This document shows positions 50,569-64,000 of a stretch of DNA of 64,000 bases, piece by piece. The notes under the pieces were generated by a model. That model did not search any database, was not told the origin of the DNA, and worked only from the letters and a program-made list of their open reading frames with translations. The DNA lies in contig OZ336885.1 in the NCBI GenBank assembly GCA_965287045.1, forward strand, positions 22,072,001-22,136,000. Reading direction: 5' to 3'. The stretch is from Carcharhinus amblyrhynchos. Taxonomy: Eukaryota. Position 1 is the stretch's first letter, and every line of letters begins with the position of its first letter. The translations under genes were made by a program, and so were the position numbers.

Positions 50569-51110
50569 ACGTAAGAACATAAGAACATTAGTAGGAGCAG
50601 GAGTAGGCCATCTAGCCCTTCGAGCCTGCCCCGCCATTCAATAAGATCATGGCTGATCTGAAGTAGCTCAGTTCCACTTTCCCGCTTTCTTCCCATAACC
50701 CTTAATCCCCTTGCCTACCAAAAACCTATCTACCCGCGTCTTAAATATATTTAGCGAGGTAGCCTCCACCACTTCAACGGGCAGAGAATTCCAGAGATTC
50801 ACCACCCTGAGTGAAGAAGTTCCTCCTCAACTCCGTTCTAAACTGCTCCCCCCTTATCTTGAGGCTGTGCCCTCTAGTCCTGTCCTTTCTGAGCCGGAAG
50901 AATCTCTCTACCTCTACCCTATCCATCCCCTTCATTATCTTATATGTCTCTATAAGATCCCCCCTCATCCTTCTAAACTCCAACGAGTACAGACCCAGTC
51001 TATTCAGCCTCTCTTCATAGTCCAACCCCCTCATCTCCAATATCAGCCTAGTGAACCTCCTCTGCACTCCCTCCAAGGCCAAGATATCCTTGCGCAAGTG
51101 CGGCGACCAA
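50569..51110 (-). mobile_element. Young 5'-truncated CR1 LINE 3' end, same subfamily as 48741-49204
   Basis: WSPHLRKDILALEGVQRRFTRLI...RTRGHSLKIRGEQFRTELRRNFFTQ; tandem TAAGAACA tail. Confidence 0.9.
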
Positions 51111-51606
51111 CGTAGAGAAAATGTAATAGAATTAGCAGTATTTTGTACACCAGTCAAAGCTAATGTACTCCTAAGCTAATTTCCATTAAAAAACATTAAT
51201 AAATAAGCTCAGCGTGAGTAAATCTGTTTGGGCTCACAAATGTTGGTTCTTGCAGATAAAACATTTTAAAAAGAGCAAAAAATCCACAAAAAACCAAAAA
51301 TGCTGAAAATGTTTCCATCAGCCAAACAGGTGCTGTCAAGGGAAAAAAGATAGTTTTCAGGTCAATCATTTGATGAAAGCCTTTGACCTGAAACATCAAT
51401 TCTGTTTCTCCATCCCACATACAAAATAAAATTAAAGGTTACACCATGAGCAGCAGCAAGCGAGTCAGAATCAATACATTGGTTAGAGGCACTGAAGATG
51501 TCTCCAAATTAGCTATCATCCAGAATGAGGAAGAGTCAAACATTTCTAATTTATCTGCTTTTGTCTTTCCACTCATCGCAATTTGCCTTTAAATAAAAGC
51601 GTATTA

Positions 51607-51825
<219 letters not shown>

Positions 51826-53759
51826 TCATGAAACTTCTCATTATAATCGATGAGGCAAAAAATCTTACTAAGACACAAACTGGCTGTGAGATTTTTAAAG
51901 TTTAGCTCCTGACAAAATTTGATTTGAACCCATTTCCTTTCATGACACCAACCCGCAGCAGGCAGTTTTCCTGGACAAAATGGACTGATGATCAGTTTCA
52001 GACATCCACCAATCTGATATGCAGCTCCAAGTGCCTTAGAATTAAAATAAAGCAAACTATGCAACCTACTTCCGTTCCATGGATTGATGCATCAATCCCC
52101 TATCAGGCTGCAGCACTGCGTCAAATCAGTAAGCTCTTAAAATTTTATCTAAATTGGTGAGTGGTGGACATCAGCATGTAGAAATAGAAAAGAATTAGAT
52201 GTATAAGGAGTGAGTGTGTTTGATAATACAGTAAGTCCCTGTTATAAGTGGTTCAATGTTTTACGTCATCCCACTCGAATGTCAGTTAATGAGGCCTGCC
52301 TCACCAACAGCTAAGATTCAGGGAGGGAGGGGTAGCAAGGCGTGTGGTGGAGCCAGAGGGTCAGTGAGCAGGATTGGTGGTCACAGCAATGGTCGAAGAG
52401 TAGAAGCAGCAGCAAACAGGAGGATAAGTAGAAAGAGTCAGCATTTCTCTTTAATCTAATTTATTTTGTTTTGAATGTTACTTCATGTACAGATACAGGA
52501 AGTTAGCAAAGTATTTCAACTTAATTATTGTGAATATCTAGTCCATGATTCATGTGTTCTGGAATATAAACTTTAGTTAGGAATTTAAAAGTATTAATTG
52601 TAGATAACTGGGGAACCTGATTGAGAAACTGCTAAGCATATGCAATTCAAACAAGCTTGGAATGTTAAAAGTTAACCGATGTTGATCTTACACAGTCATG
52701 GATTGAGGTGCAAAAGCAATGAACAATGGGTGGTCTTCTACGGAAAAGGCAATCAAGAAAGTTCTTTAACAGATCCAGCAATTCTGAGAGTGGGTTGTAA
52801 AACACTATTAGCAATATATATTACTCATAGGGGTTACAGAATCAGAGCAGCGCAGATGATGATTCATTTACATTTTCGTTTGAGAGCATCGAAAAGCCAT
52901 GGAGATGCAATAATGGGGTGACAGGTTCTTGCGTTCAGGTTGTCTGTGTTCATTGACGGAAGCAGAGAGCTCAGTTGAGGTTTCACAGAAAAAGCAGTGG
53001 GAAGATTTGTTATAGTTTGCAACTAGTTGAAGAACGTACAGTGGTTCTCACAAAGTCTTGTGGCAGAAAGAAATCAGCTAAAACAGTTGAGTTAAAGAGT
53101 TATACAGAAAACGTGGGAACAGACTCAGAGAAACAAAAACAGTCAATGGATATCCAAAACCAGGATAAGGAGTCGAAGGGTCCAAGTCATGAGGTCTTCA
53201 AAGGAAACTGAAGGATTTTTGAGCCAAAAGCTCATAGAATGATCCCCGTGTAATTGGTACTTGGGAGAATAGCTGGAATACTAAGGAGAATTAAGCAAAT
53301 TCCAGAGGGCTGTGGCTTACCTTTGGCTTGGCTCCAGGGCAAGTGAATGAACCTTCAAGACTTTGTAACATGAGGGAGCTCTTGGCAATAGGGTGGGGGT
53401 AGGGATTTAAGTCGATCTGCATTTATCGCATAAGTCTTATAATAGTACTTATTTAAGAGAAATTAAACTATGTAATAAAGTTTGTGTCTAAAAAAGTGAA
53501 ATGTTGTGGCATAATTCTGTCAATTAACTGGTAGTCCAGATTTCTTTAAATGTTAGCGCTCCCCAATAGGATTGGAAGAGTGTATAATTGTTTTCCCTAA
53601 AGAGAAAACTCTTAACTATAGCTTTTACATTGAATTGAGTGGGAAAATCAGATTGCTTACAGTTGTTGTGCTTAAAGTTGCACAGTCAAGGAATGTAACT
53701 ACAACTTTAAGTGAGGGCTTATACTAGTCAGTTGCAGCAGAACAGTTAGGAACAAAATA

Positions 53760-56700
53760 AATGCCAATTCTCAAAAACATAGTTCAAAGAGGATATCCTT
53801 AAGAAGCAAGGACAGAATCCATTTGATTGGAATTGAGAAGCAAGAGAAAAGTATGGTCACACTACTGGCAGTATTCTCTAAGCCTCGAAGTAGTAAGAGA
53901 TGGAGAAACAAAGCAGGGAAATCATGGATGTATAAAAATAGAGTGGTGAAATCGGGGATTTGAAATCTGGAAGAATTATCCAAAACATGGATTGGGATTG
54001 ACCACATCTCGTCGTATACTTCCTGTGAAAATTCTCTAGTGCAAGACCATAAAGGTAGACCTTAGCAAGGGATAACAAAAAGGAAAAGGGAGGAATTTCT
54101 GAAATGCGTTCAACAGAAGTTCCTTAAATCAGTTTGTTCTTAGTCTAACTGAACTATATTGCTGGATCTGGTGGGAAGTGAGATGGGACAAGTGTCTGTG
54201 GGGGACAGTGATCATTACATTTAAAACTAGTAATGAAAAGCAAGGAAAAGTTGAAAGAAAAATGACTAAATTGGAAGAGGGTTAATTTTGGTGGGATGAG
54301 GGGGGGGACCGAACCATGGTAAAATACAAACGGAGACTTACAGGAAAAACTGTAAAATAACAATGATCTATAAAGGAAGACATTCTTCAAGCACAAGGCA
54401 GATACATAATGTAACAGAAAAGAAAGGAAGGGGAGGTCAAGGTGCATGCCAAGATTCGAGTGAGTATTTTAATCAGTGTTTATAGAGGAACAGCTGTTGA
54501 TAAATCGTGATGTTATAGATAAATGGATTGGATGATGAAAATTGATAGGTGCAAAATATTAGAAAGGCTGGTTATGCTTTGAGTGGATAAATAGATCAGC
54601 CTGGATGGTTTGCATTCAAGTTGTTCATGGGAGTGGGGAATGGGGAGTGGAAAGGCTTACCATGATTTTACAAATTTTTTGAAATATGGGGGAGGTGCCA
54701 GAAGAGTGAAATGAGGCAAAAGTGACACTCAAGAAAACGTGCAAGGACATACCAGTAATTACAGGCTGATCAGTTTAAGATCAGTGATGGATAAGGTTTT
54801 AGAAACTAGGTGATTCAAGTTAACAGAAAGTCAAAAGGATTTGTAAAAGGCAGACCCTGCTTGACTAATCTAATTGATTTTTTGATGAAGCAACAGAGAA
54901 GGTTGATGATGGGAATGTGATGGATGTTATCTGTATGGATTTTAAGAAAGATTTTGACGAAGTACCGCATTAAAAGGCTGGCAAACAAATCTGAAGCTCA
55001 TGAAACAACATGGCTAGTGTCAACTTCAATAAATATTTGGCTTATGGACAGAAGACAGGAAGCCACAGTAAATGATTGCTTTTCAGGCTGGAGAATGGTA
55101 GACACTGATGTTCACATGGGTCAGTGTGAGTACCATAGCTTTTTTGTTGTATCTAAATTACTTGGATGCTGAAGCGGAATTCAGAGTCAAATTTCAAACT
55201 GCGTCTACACTGCAAATCATGGAGTGGCAGCAAAATGATACCAATCAACTCAAACAGCACATAGGATACTCACATACAATGGGCAGATGAGGGTAGATAG
55301 ACTTTACTGCACTTTGGCAGAAGGAACAGGGTGAGGCAAAATAAGCTTAATAGCACTATCTGAAGAGTGTGGAAGGGCGGAGGAACTAGGGTTCATGTGC
55401 ATATCCCTTTGCATTGTGCACAGCTTGAACTCCCTGGCTGACTAAAGATAAAGATTAAAAATGTTACGCAAAACAAGCTCAGGAACCTGATGTTTATCAC
55501 ATTGCAGAGAACTAATCTGTGTATAAAAAGTACAGGGCAGAACTGAAATTAGAAAGAACAACAAGGGTTAGTTTAAGAATAAACTAGCAGATGTCATCAA
55601 AGAACATACAACACTTCTATGAGACATCCATATAGTAGTGCGTGCAGATTTGGTCCCCTTACCTCCAAGTGGATGTTATTGCTTTACAGGAGTGCAACGA
55701 AGATTCACCAGACTTGTTCTGGGGATGACAGGACTAACTTGAGAAGAGATGAGAATCAAGTGAAAAAAGAAATAAGGAAATCAAAGAGAGGACATGAAAA
55801 AATACTGGTAGGCAAGATTAAAGAAAACCCAAAGATGTTTTACCAGTGGATAAAGAGCAAAAGGATAGTTGAGGAAAAAGTGGGGCTATCAGAGATGAAG
55901 GGAAATTGTGTGAAGATGCAGAGGATATGGGAAGATGCTTAAATGATTACTTTAGTCTCTGTATTCACTAAGTAAAGGGATAATGCAGACATAGCAATCC
56001 AAGAGGAGCAGTGTGAAATGGAGGAGTTGGAATACTTAGAAGCAGATAAGTTGCCAGGACCAGATGGAATTGTTCCCCTAGGATGTTGAAAGAGTTCAGG
56101 GAGGAAATAGCAGATGCTGTGTCTAGTGAAGATTGGAAAATAATGTTCATAGGGAAGGTGCTATAGGCCTGGAGGAATGCAAATGTGGTTCCATTATTTA
56201 AGAAGAGTATGACAAAAATGCCAAATAATTATAGACTGGTTAATCTTACATCAGTAGTGGGCAAATTGTTAGAATAATCTAAAGAGATCAGATAAACAGT
56301 CACTTACAATGGCAAGGACGAGTCAGGGATAGTCAGCATAGTTTTAAGGGAAGGTCGTGCCGTACAAATTTAATTGAACTCTGAGGCAGTGACAAGAAGG
56401 ATTGAGGAAGACAGTATAATGATTATTTGTCTTCATGGATTTTAGTAAAGCATTTGACAAGGTCTCATGTGGCAGACACGTCAAAAAAGTAAAAGCTGAT
56501 AGGATGCAGGATAATAAGGCAAGTTGGATCCAAAATGACTTAGTAACAGGAAACAAACGGCAATGGTCGACGGCTGCCTTTACTTATCAAAAGTTGCTTC
56601 AAGTGGTGTTCCGCAGGGCTCAGTGTTGGAACCCCTGCTGTTTGTTTTATATATCAGTGATTTGGACTTGAATGTGGGGGGCATGATTGGGAAATTTACA

Positions 56701-57270
56701 GATGACAAAAATTGGCTGTGTAGTGGATAGTGTAGAGGATAGCTCTAAGCTCCAAAATGATGTAGATGTGTTGATGGAGTGGGCAGGAAAGTGGCAGATG
56801 GAGTTCAGCTGTGATAAGTGTGAGGTAATGCACTTAGGGAGGTCAAACAATACAAGGGAATATGCTCAGAGGGTAGATGAAGTGGGAGATGTTGGTGTGC
56901 AAGTGTGCAGATTCTGACAGGTAGCAGTACAGGTAGATAACATTGTAAAGGTGGCATATGGAATACTCTCCTTCATTGGCAAAGTGTAGAATACAGAAGT
57001 AGGGATGTAATGGTGGAACTGTATAAGATACTGTTGCAGGCACAACTGGAGAGTTGCATGCAGTTCTGATCACCACATTATATGAAGGATGCAATTATTC
57101 TGGAAAGACAGCAGAGAAGATAAACTAGAATACTGCCAGGGTAAGAGAACTGAAGCTGTGAGAAGAGATTGACGAGGTTGGGGTTGTTTTCCTTCAAACA
57201 GAGAACGCTGAGGGGTGATATCATGGATTTCAGAGTAGTTTTGATAAGGCTGATTGACAGGGACAAAGTC
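53760..57270 (+). mobile_element. Two or more degraded CR1 LINE ORF2 segments (endonuclease and RT)
   Basis: Remnants EIRKSKRGHEKILVGKIKENPKMFY, MDFSKAFDKV and LQNDVDVLMEWAGKWQMEFSCDKCEVMHLGRSN. Confidence 0.85.
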
Positions 57271-57340
57271 ATGTGCTTAATGGGAGGAGCTAAGCTTGCA
57301 GGCAGGAAATAGTTTGTTTCATTTTTAAAAATAGAGCAGT

Positions 57341-58866
57341 TAGAACATAGAACAGTACAGCACAGGATAAGCCCTTCGGCCCTCGATGTTGTGCCAAGCT
57401 ATGCCCGAACCCAAGATCAAGCTATCCCACTTCCCATCATTCTGGTGTACTCCATATGCCTATCCAATAACCGCTTGCAAGTTCCTAAAGTGTCCAACTC
57501 CACGATCACAGCAGGCAGTTCCACACCCCAACCACTCTGAGTAAAGAATCTACCTCAGACATCCCTCCTACATCTCCCACCATGAACCTTATAGTTACAT
57601 CCCCTAGCAACAGCTACATCTACCCGAGGAAATAGTCTCTGAACATCCACCTATCTATCCCTCTCATCATCTTATAAACCTCTCAAGTCATTTCTCATCC
57701 TCCTCCACTCTAAAGAGAAAAGCCCTAGCTCCCTCAACCTTTCCTCGTAAGACCTACCCTCCAAACAAGGCAACATTCTGGTAAATCTCCTCTGCACTCT
57801 CTCCAATGCTTCACAACCTTCTTATAGGGAGGTGACCAGAAATGCACACAATATCCCAAATGTGATCTCATCAAGGTTCTGTATGGTTGTAGCATAACCC
57901 CACGACTCAAACTCAAACCTCCTGTTAATAAACGCTAACACACTATAAGCCTTCTTCATGGCTCCATCTACTTGACAGGCAACCTTCAGAGATCTGTGGG
58001 TATGAACCCCAAGATCTCTGTTCCTCCACATTCCTCAGGACCCTGCCTTTGACCCTGTAATCCACATTCAACTTTGTCCTACCAAAGTGAATCACTTCAT
58101 ACTTATCAGGGTTAAACACCATCTGCATCCTATCAATGTCTCTTTGCAGCCGACAACAGCCCTTCACCTCGCCCACTACTCCACCAATCTTGGTGTCATC
58201 AGCAAATTTACTGACCCACCCTTCAGCCCCCTCCTCCAAGTCATTAATAAAAATCACAAATAGCTGAGGACCCAGCACTGACCCCTGTGGTACACCACTG
58301 GTTACTTGTCTCCACTCTGAAAATTTTCCATCCACCACCACCCTCTGTCTTTATGAGATAGCCAGTTACTTATCCAATCAGCCAAATTTCCTTCTATCCC
58401 ACACCTCCTTACTTCATGAGCCGACCATGGGGAATCTTATCAAGTGCCATACTAAAATCCATGTATACGACATCAACTGCTCTACCTTTGTAGACACACT
58501 TGGTTACCTCCTCAAAGAATTCAATTAAAATTTGTGAGGCAGGACTTGCCCCTCACAAAACCATGCTGGCTATCCCAGAAGATTAAGCTGTATCTTTCCA
58601 AATGGTCATAAATCATATCCCTAAAGACCTTTTCCATTAACTTACCACTGTAATAAGGCTAACTGGCCTATAATTACCAGGGTCATTCCTATTTCCTTTC
58701 TTGAAGAGAGGAACAACATTTGCCACTCTCCAGTCCTCTCGCACTATCCCCGTGGACACTGAGGGCCCAAAGATCAAAGCTAAAGGCTCCGTAATCTCAG
58801 CCCTTGCCTCCCAAAGTATCCTAGGATGTATCCCATCTGGCCCAGGGGACTTAGCAACCGTCAGGT
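57341..58866 (-). mobile_element. CR1 LINE 3' 1.5 kb (RT to tail), frameshifted
   Basis: VTSGVPQGSVLGPQLFVIFINDLEEG...SKFADDTKIGG RT motifs; tail TAGAACATAGAACA at 57341. Confidence 0.9.
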
Positions 58867-59340
58867 TTTTGCTGACTAGGTTGCCAGAAGAAATAGATGC
58901 CTCTGCCTCTCTCTCTCTCTCCAGAGATATTCTGAAAGATCTAGGAGTGTTAACTTAAGGCAAGCAAGCATGCCTGTGTTTTGCTAACTAATTTTGAAGA
59001 GCTTCAGGGATTGTTGCAAATTCTGAATTAATTCTTTAATTCCATTTATTCATTCCATAGGAGGACTGATGCCTGAATTGGGACTCAAGATACGTTAACA
59101 ACTAAGAATTTTATCTTGTCACGTTTCTGTATTATTCAAGGTTAACCTAATTCATTTGTTAGAATTAAGCTGTTATTCATGAAGTTTTTGATAAAAGCTT
59201 TCCAGTGTGTCAGCAGAACTGCATCTGGAGTGAAACATCTCATCCATGCTAATACCAAAACAGAATATTGTCGACTTCTTTTAAGGATCTAGTCTGGCTT
59301 CATGATATATCTTGGGATTTCTAATCTGATCTCTTAGTAT
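58867..59340 (+). mobile_element. Partial LTR-like element related to 21130-21606
   Basis: Shared 3' phrases ctaataccaaaa and gatatatcttgggatttctaatctgatctctta. Confidence 0.4.
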
Positions 59341-59344
59341 CAGT

Positions 59345-61500
59345 CAAGAGAAGATTCTCCTGGCATCTTATCCAATCAAGTACCTAAAGAATTTTTTTTA
59401 ATGTTTTAATGCAATTCCTTCTCAAAGTTCTTAGAAGAGGTCCAGCCTATTCAATCACTCCTCAAAGTTAAGCCAGGCATCAGTTAAGTGAACCGTCACT
59501 CTACTGTCTAAGACAAAGGCTATCCTTCTTCTGACCAAAACATTACCCAGTACTTTAGATGTAGTGTCAATAAAGCCCCATGCAATTGCAGGAAGACTCG
59601 CTTACTATTACAAACCCTTTGCAATAAAAGGAAACCATACAATCTTTCCGAAGTGCTTGCTGAGTATTCATTAACTTTGCAATTCATGCACTCGACATTC
59701 AAATCCCTCCAAACACCAACACTTATCAGTCTATCATTTAAAAACTCGATCTATTTTTTCTTTTGAAGTAGATACCTTCACATGTCAGTGCATTATATTT
59801 CATCTGCCAAATTTTTGCCCACACAGGTTGTCTGCAGCCTCTCTGCATCCTCCTCACAGCTCTCTTTCCCACCTTTAATACTTCAGCAAACTTGTTCATA
59901 CATCAGTCTGCTGGATCCATGACATTGATATAGCTTGCAAATAGCTGAGACCCAAGCATAGAATCCCTGCAGTAACCAATTAGTAAACCCCATTTATCAA
60001 ACCACTTGCAAAATTGGGGTAATCTCCAGTACAACACCTCCAAATGCTTTTTGTAAATTCAAATACATTACATACACTGGTTCCCATTTTCCACACGATT
60101 AATCACAATCTCAAACTGGAACAAACTTGTCAGACACTATTTACCTTTCACAATGTGACTGACAGAGCTAACACCAGACCATGATTTAAACATCTGCCTA
60201 ATGGCAGATTCCAGCATTTTCCACATTACTGATGCCAGGCTCACTGACCTATGGTTCCCTCTTTATTCCCCATTATAATTTCTCCTGTCTCTGCCTCAAA
60301 GGAACCTAGTAGTGAATCTCGAAAAATGTATAAACATTTGCAATGTTTTATGTCTTTAGTTTACTCTCAGATCCTATTTTCTCTTGAACAAAAATTTGCT
60401 AATCCTCACTGAAGTTGAAGTCTTCAATTCTAAGGTTTACTCCCCTTTTTGGCACCACAATTCTCCTCTTTTAATGTAATACTGTGTTCAAATCACCTAG
60501 TTAGCTAATAGTTCACGGAAACAGAATCCAGGAGGCCATTCAGCCCATCGAGTCTGCACCAATTGTCTCGCCCAGGCCCACCACCCTGCCCTATCCCCGT
60601 AACCCCACAAATTTAGCATGGCTAATCCAACTAACCTATACATCTTTGGACTGTGGGAGGAAACAGAGCACCTGGAGGAAACCCACGCAGGCACAGGGAA
60701 GACGTACAAACTCCACACAGTGACCCAAGGCTGGAATTGAACTTGGGTCCCTGGCACTGTGAGGCAGCAGTGCTAACTAGAATGCCACCATGTCACCCCT
60801 AGTCTTCAGTTAGACCACTTCATCCTTTGTTTCCTTTCAGGGATTGTTGCAAATTCTGAATTAATTCTTTAAATTTTTGCCAAACCTATCACAGCTTTCA
60901 GTCTAGTTTTCCTGTCCATCATAGCCATTTTGCCCCTAGCGCCTTTGTCATTTCACTTGTTCAGTTTTAAGACCCAAGTTTGTCCTTGGCTAAATCACTC
61001 AAACTCATAATAAACTACGTTATAATCACCATTATCCACAGCCTCCTTTACTACATTAATTAATCTTGTTCAATTGCATAATATTAGATCTAAAGTGGAC
61101 CACTTCCGAGTAAACTAACTTGAACATATTCTCATAAACTCATCCACTGCGTTATTACTGCAAAGCTGTCTTTGCAGACTTTAAGGAGTTGCTGTGTTGT
61201 CCTTGTTACATGCACTTCTGATTTCTTGACTTATACTCTGCCCACCACGATGGCCCATCTGGCAGTCTACAAACTACTTCCACCATTGTTTGCTGCCCTC
61301 AAATTCACTGGCTAACTCTAATTAATTCTACATCTTAATTTTCTGAAAATCCTTTATTTCTACTGTCTTTAGAATATATCTTACTGGGGCAACCTCTCCT
61401 CCATTTTGTCCATCTCTTATAGAATTGAAAATAGGTTATTTATTTTCCTAACCTTGGCCACTCCAACTGTGTCTCTGTAATGGTTATTAAATCAAAGTAG
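59345..61500 (-). mobile_element. Old degraded CR1 fragments with a nested SINE
   Basis: Remnant KRVFLQLHGALLTLHLKYWVMFWS and antisense CR1 phrases. Confidence 0.55.
60520..60800 (-). mobile_element. Near full-length HE1-like V-SINE
   Basis: catctttggactgtgggaggaaacagagcacctggaggaaacccacgcag core; ggaattgaac B-box on the antisense strand. Confidence 0.8.
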
Positions 61501-62080
61501 TTCATTTCTAACATTAAAACAAAATATTGTGAATGCTAGAAATTAGAAATGTAAACAGAAAATACTGGCAATGCACAGCATCCATGGCCTATGACCTTGT
61601 GTCATTAGTCTGAAATACTAAATTCTTTTCAAGTGACAGATGACTCCCGATCTGTTGAATGTTTTCAGCATCTTTTTAAGATTTGTTTTGCAACATCTGC
61701 ATTGTTTTGTATTTGCACAGACCTCAGAACGTGTTAATTCATGAGCACCAAGAATCCAGGAAACTATAATTTACCTGACTAATACACGGATTAATCACTG
61801 CATGGAGTAAACAATTAAACATCTTTAAAATTAATTTTACAGTGCAGCTTAGTCTATAGACTCTCGATACATACAGAAATAATAAACAATCCTAATTTTT
61901 TGTACTTAAAATTTATCTCATACATTGCTGCATACTCTCATAGGCTAATTTCATATTTAACTGATTAGTTGCACATTTAATGGAACTTAGCATTTTAAAT
62001 TCTTCAGACATTTATCGCTAATCAAAAACTAAAATAGGTACATCACCCCAAAAATACAATAAAACTACTTTTGTTTTTAC

Positions 62081-62257
62081 CAGCGTTTGACCTTCTCAGG
62101 GTTCTGAAATGCTGTCCAGGTTTCCGGCTCAGGTTAGGCCTGCATTGGAGTTTATTCATTTCTGTTCTGTTATATTGTGCGCTGCCTGAAGTCACTGTGC
62201 AGGAACTACCACTAGATGCACTGCTTGATTCACCATCTGTGTGCTTGGCTGTAAATG
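62081..62257 (-). CDS. ASXL1: ASXL1 internal exon (177 nt, phase 1-1): FTAKHTDGESSSASSGSSCTVTSGSAQYNRTEMNKLQCRPNLSRKPGQHFRTLRRSNA
   Basis: Acceptor ttttttttag (AG at 62259-62258), donor GTAAAA at 62080 and an open frame. It resembles human HADGESGSPSSSSSG...LRGFRKPATG and joins the next exon in phase. An alternative in-frame AG lies 9 nt inside (62250-62249). Confidence 0.8.
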
Positions 62258-63134
62258 CTAAAAAAAATTTTTTTACTTAATGGCTTTGTCGATGAAAAAC
62301 CGTTATAAAGATTATACAAAAGGAAACCATGATCTTAATCCTATGTAGTTTTTTGATTTTAGATCTGAACAAGATTGAAGAAAATAATTATCAGGTGTGA
62401 ACTTTCGCAAATGTTCTATCCTGTAATCTACATGCCATTAAACCCCTCCCAAAGCAAATCCTTGATTAAATATGAGCAAATATAGCAACCTGATTATTAA
62501 TGTGCTGAACATTTCCTGATAAGCATTGCACTCCTTAAATATAACTTTCAAATGATTTGAATATATCACCAAAAAAAAAGCTGTAAATGAAGCACTTATT
62601 TTTAAAAAGCTCAACATCTAAATTTGGATGTATGTACACAAAAGCTGACAGTCAAATTATAAAGGCACCATTTACATCAAACTTCAAGGGACATCAAGTA
62701 ATTCTCGAAAGGAAAGTACACCCCTTGAATAAAGAAATAATGCAATTATATAGTATATCCATTAGTTTTTGCAAGAAGGCACTTTGTGTACTTTGCCAAA
62801 TCAGCAAATGGTCAATTTGTTTATGGAACCTGGAATTACAAAAGAAAAATGTAAGAAATGTACTGAACCAAAGACAATTGTGGCTCCTCAGTTTAAAAAA
62901 ACTATTCTCTAACCCTCAACAGTAACCAGTACTGTAATGGGAAAGAAGAAACCAAGTTTAACTGTGTTAACAGTATCTCAATTTTAGTAGAGGAGGAAAG
63001 CCAGTCAGCTCCTCCATTCCCTGACCAAATCACAGTAACCTACAATTTATCATATGATTCCAGAGTCTTTTTCTTTCATTATCCCAAATTGAAAGTTTCT
63101 TACTTTGAGTGAAGAACTTTTTTTCCTATTCTTT

Positions 63135-63615
63135 CAGATGTGAGCTTTGTTGGCAAGGCCAAGATTTGTTGTTCATCCGAAATTACCCTCAAGAAGGAGA
63201 TTAGCACCTCAATGCCATAAGGCAGTTCCAGGATTTTGATCCAGCAATAGTGAAGGAAAGGCTGGATAGATCTAAGTCAGGATGATGAGAGGCTTGGATG
63301 AGAACTTGCAAGTGGTGGTGCTCCTATGCACCTGCTTTCCTTGTCCTTCAATGTGGTGGAGTTTGCAGGCTGGAAAGTGCTTTTGAAGCAACCCTGGGCA
63401 GTTGCTGCAGTGCAAATTTAGATGTGCTGATGGTCAGTGGAGTGAATGTTTGAAGGTGGATGGAGCACCGGTCAAACAGGCTTCTTCCAGGATAGCGTTA
63501 AGCTTCTTGAGCTGCACTCTTCCAGACAAGTGGAAAGTATTCCATCACATTCCTAACTTAAGGCTTGTAGGAGCTGTACAGACTCTGAATTAAGAGATAA
63601 GTTACTTGCCATAGA
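63135..63615 (-). mobile_element. Degraded LINE 3' fragment, related to 25400-25710 (+)
   Basis: gttggcaaggccaagatttgttgttcatcc terminus resembles the 27640 copy; the body mirrors 25420-25700. Confidence 0.5.
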
Positions 63616-64000
63616 ACAGACATGAGAATATAACCTTTAGTTTCAGCAAAAAGATAATGGAAGTATCTGGTTTGAGATTCTGGTAAATGTACTTAGTGAC
63701 TGCATTTCAATGGGTGGCCTGTGTATAAAGGTCAGAGTTCAAAGTAGGGAAACAAACAATGAGTGGCCTCTTTATGGAGAGATGTCTCCATAAAGGGATT
63801 TAAATTATTCATGTAAATTTTCCCAGATGTGGAAGGTGGGTAAGCAGGTCTTAAAGTATCAATTTCATTTTAAGATCAAAGGACATGTCGGGGAATGGAA
63901 GATAATTATTTGAATCTCTATCTGGGGCTGATGTGCACATAGCCTTGAGGATACATTGCAGGAAAATCTTTTTTGGTCAGGTTTTATCTACATGCTTTTT

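Noticed and set aside
53760-58866. Intact reverse transcriptase gene or active LINE
   Set aside because: RT motifs are spread across short frameshifted ORFs with many stops; these are dead CR1 copies.

Overview
Vertebrate genomic DNA. The repeat content (HE1/V-SINE-type SINEs, abundant CR1 LINE fragments, Penelope-type hairpins) points to a cartilaginous fish, probably a shark. The window holds two convergent genes in the conserved NOL4L-ASXL1 tail-to-tail arrangement. On + is the last coding exon of NOL4L (5166-5365) with a probable ~5 kb 3' UTR. On - are the last six coding exons of ASXL1 (62257 down to 30567), encoding DEUBAD/ASXH, ASXM1, ASXM2 and the PHD finger; its 5' exons lie beyond the right edge. 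The main hidden signal is a dual-coding region in ASXL1: an in-frame UCC_UUU_CGG +1 frameshift motif (37535-37543), a second tandem AGC_UUU_CGG 21 nt downstream, and a 156-codon +1 ORF that stays open across the last splice junction and carries an EHSY HCF-1-binding-type motif. Smaller findings are a 149-bp near-perfect inverted duplication in the last ASXL1 intron, solo LTRs with TSDs, an octamer-bearing intergenic inverted repeat, a candidate alternative NOL4L acceptor and a 3' UTR G-quadruplex. Repeat boundaries and family names were read by eye and are approximate.
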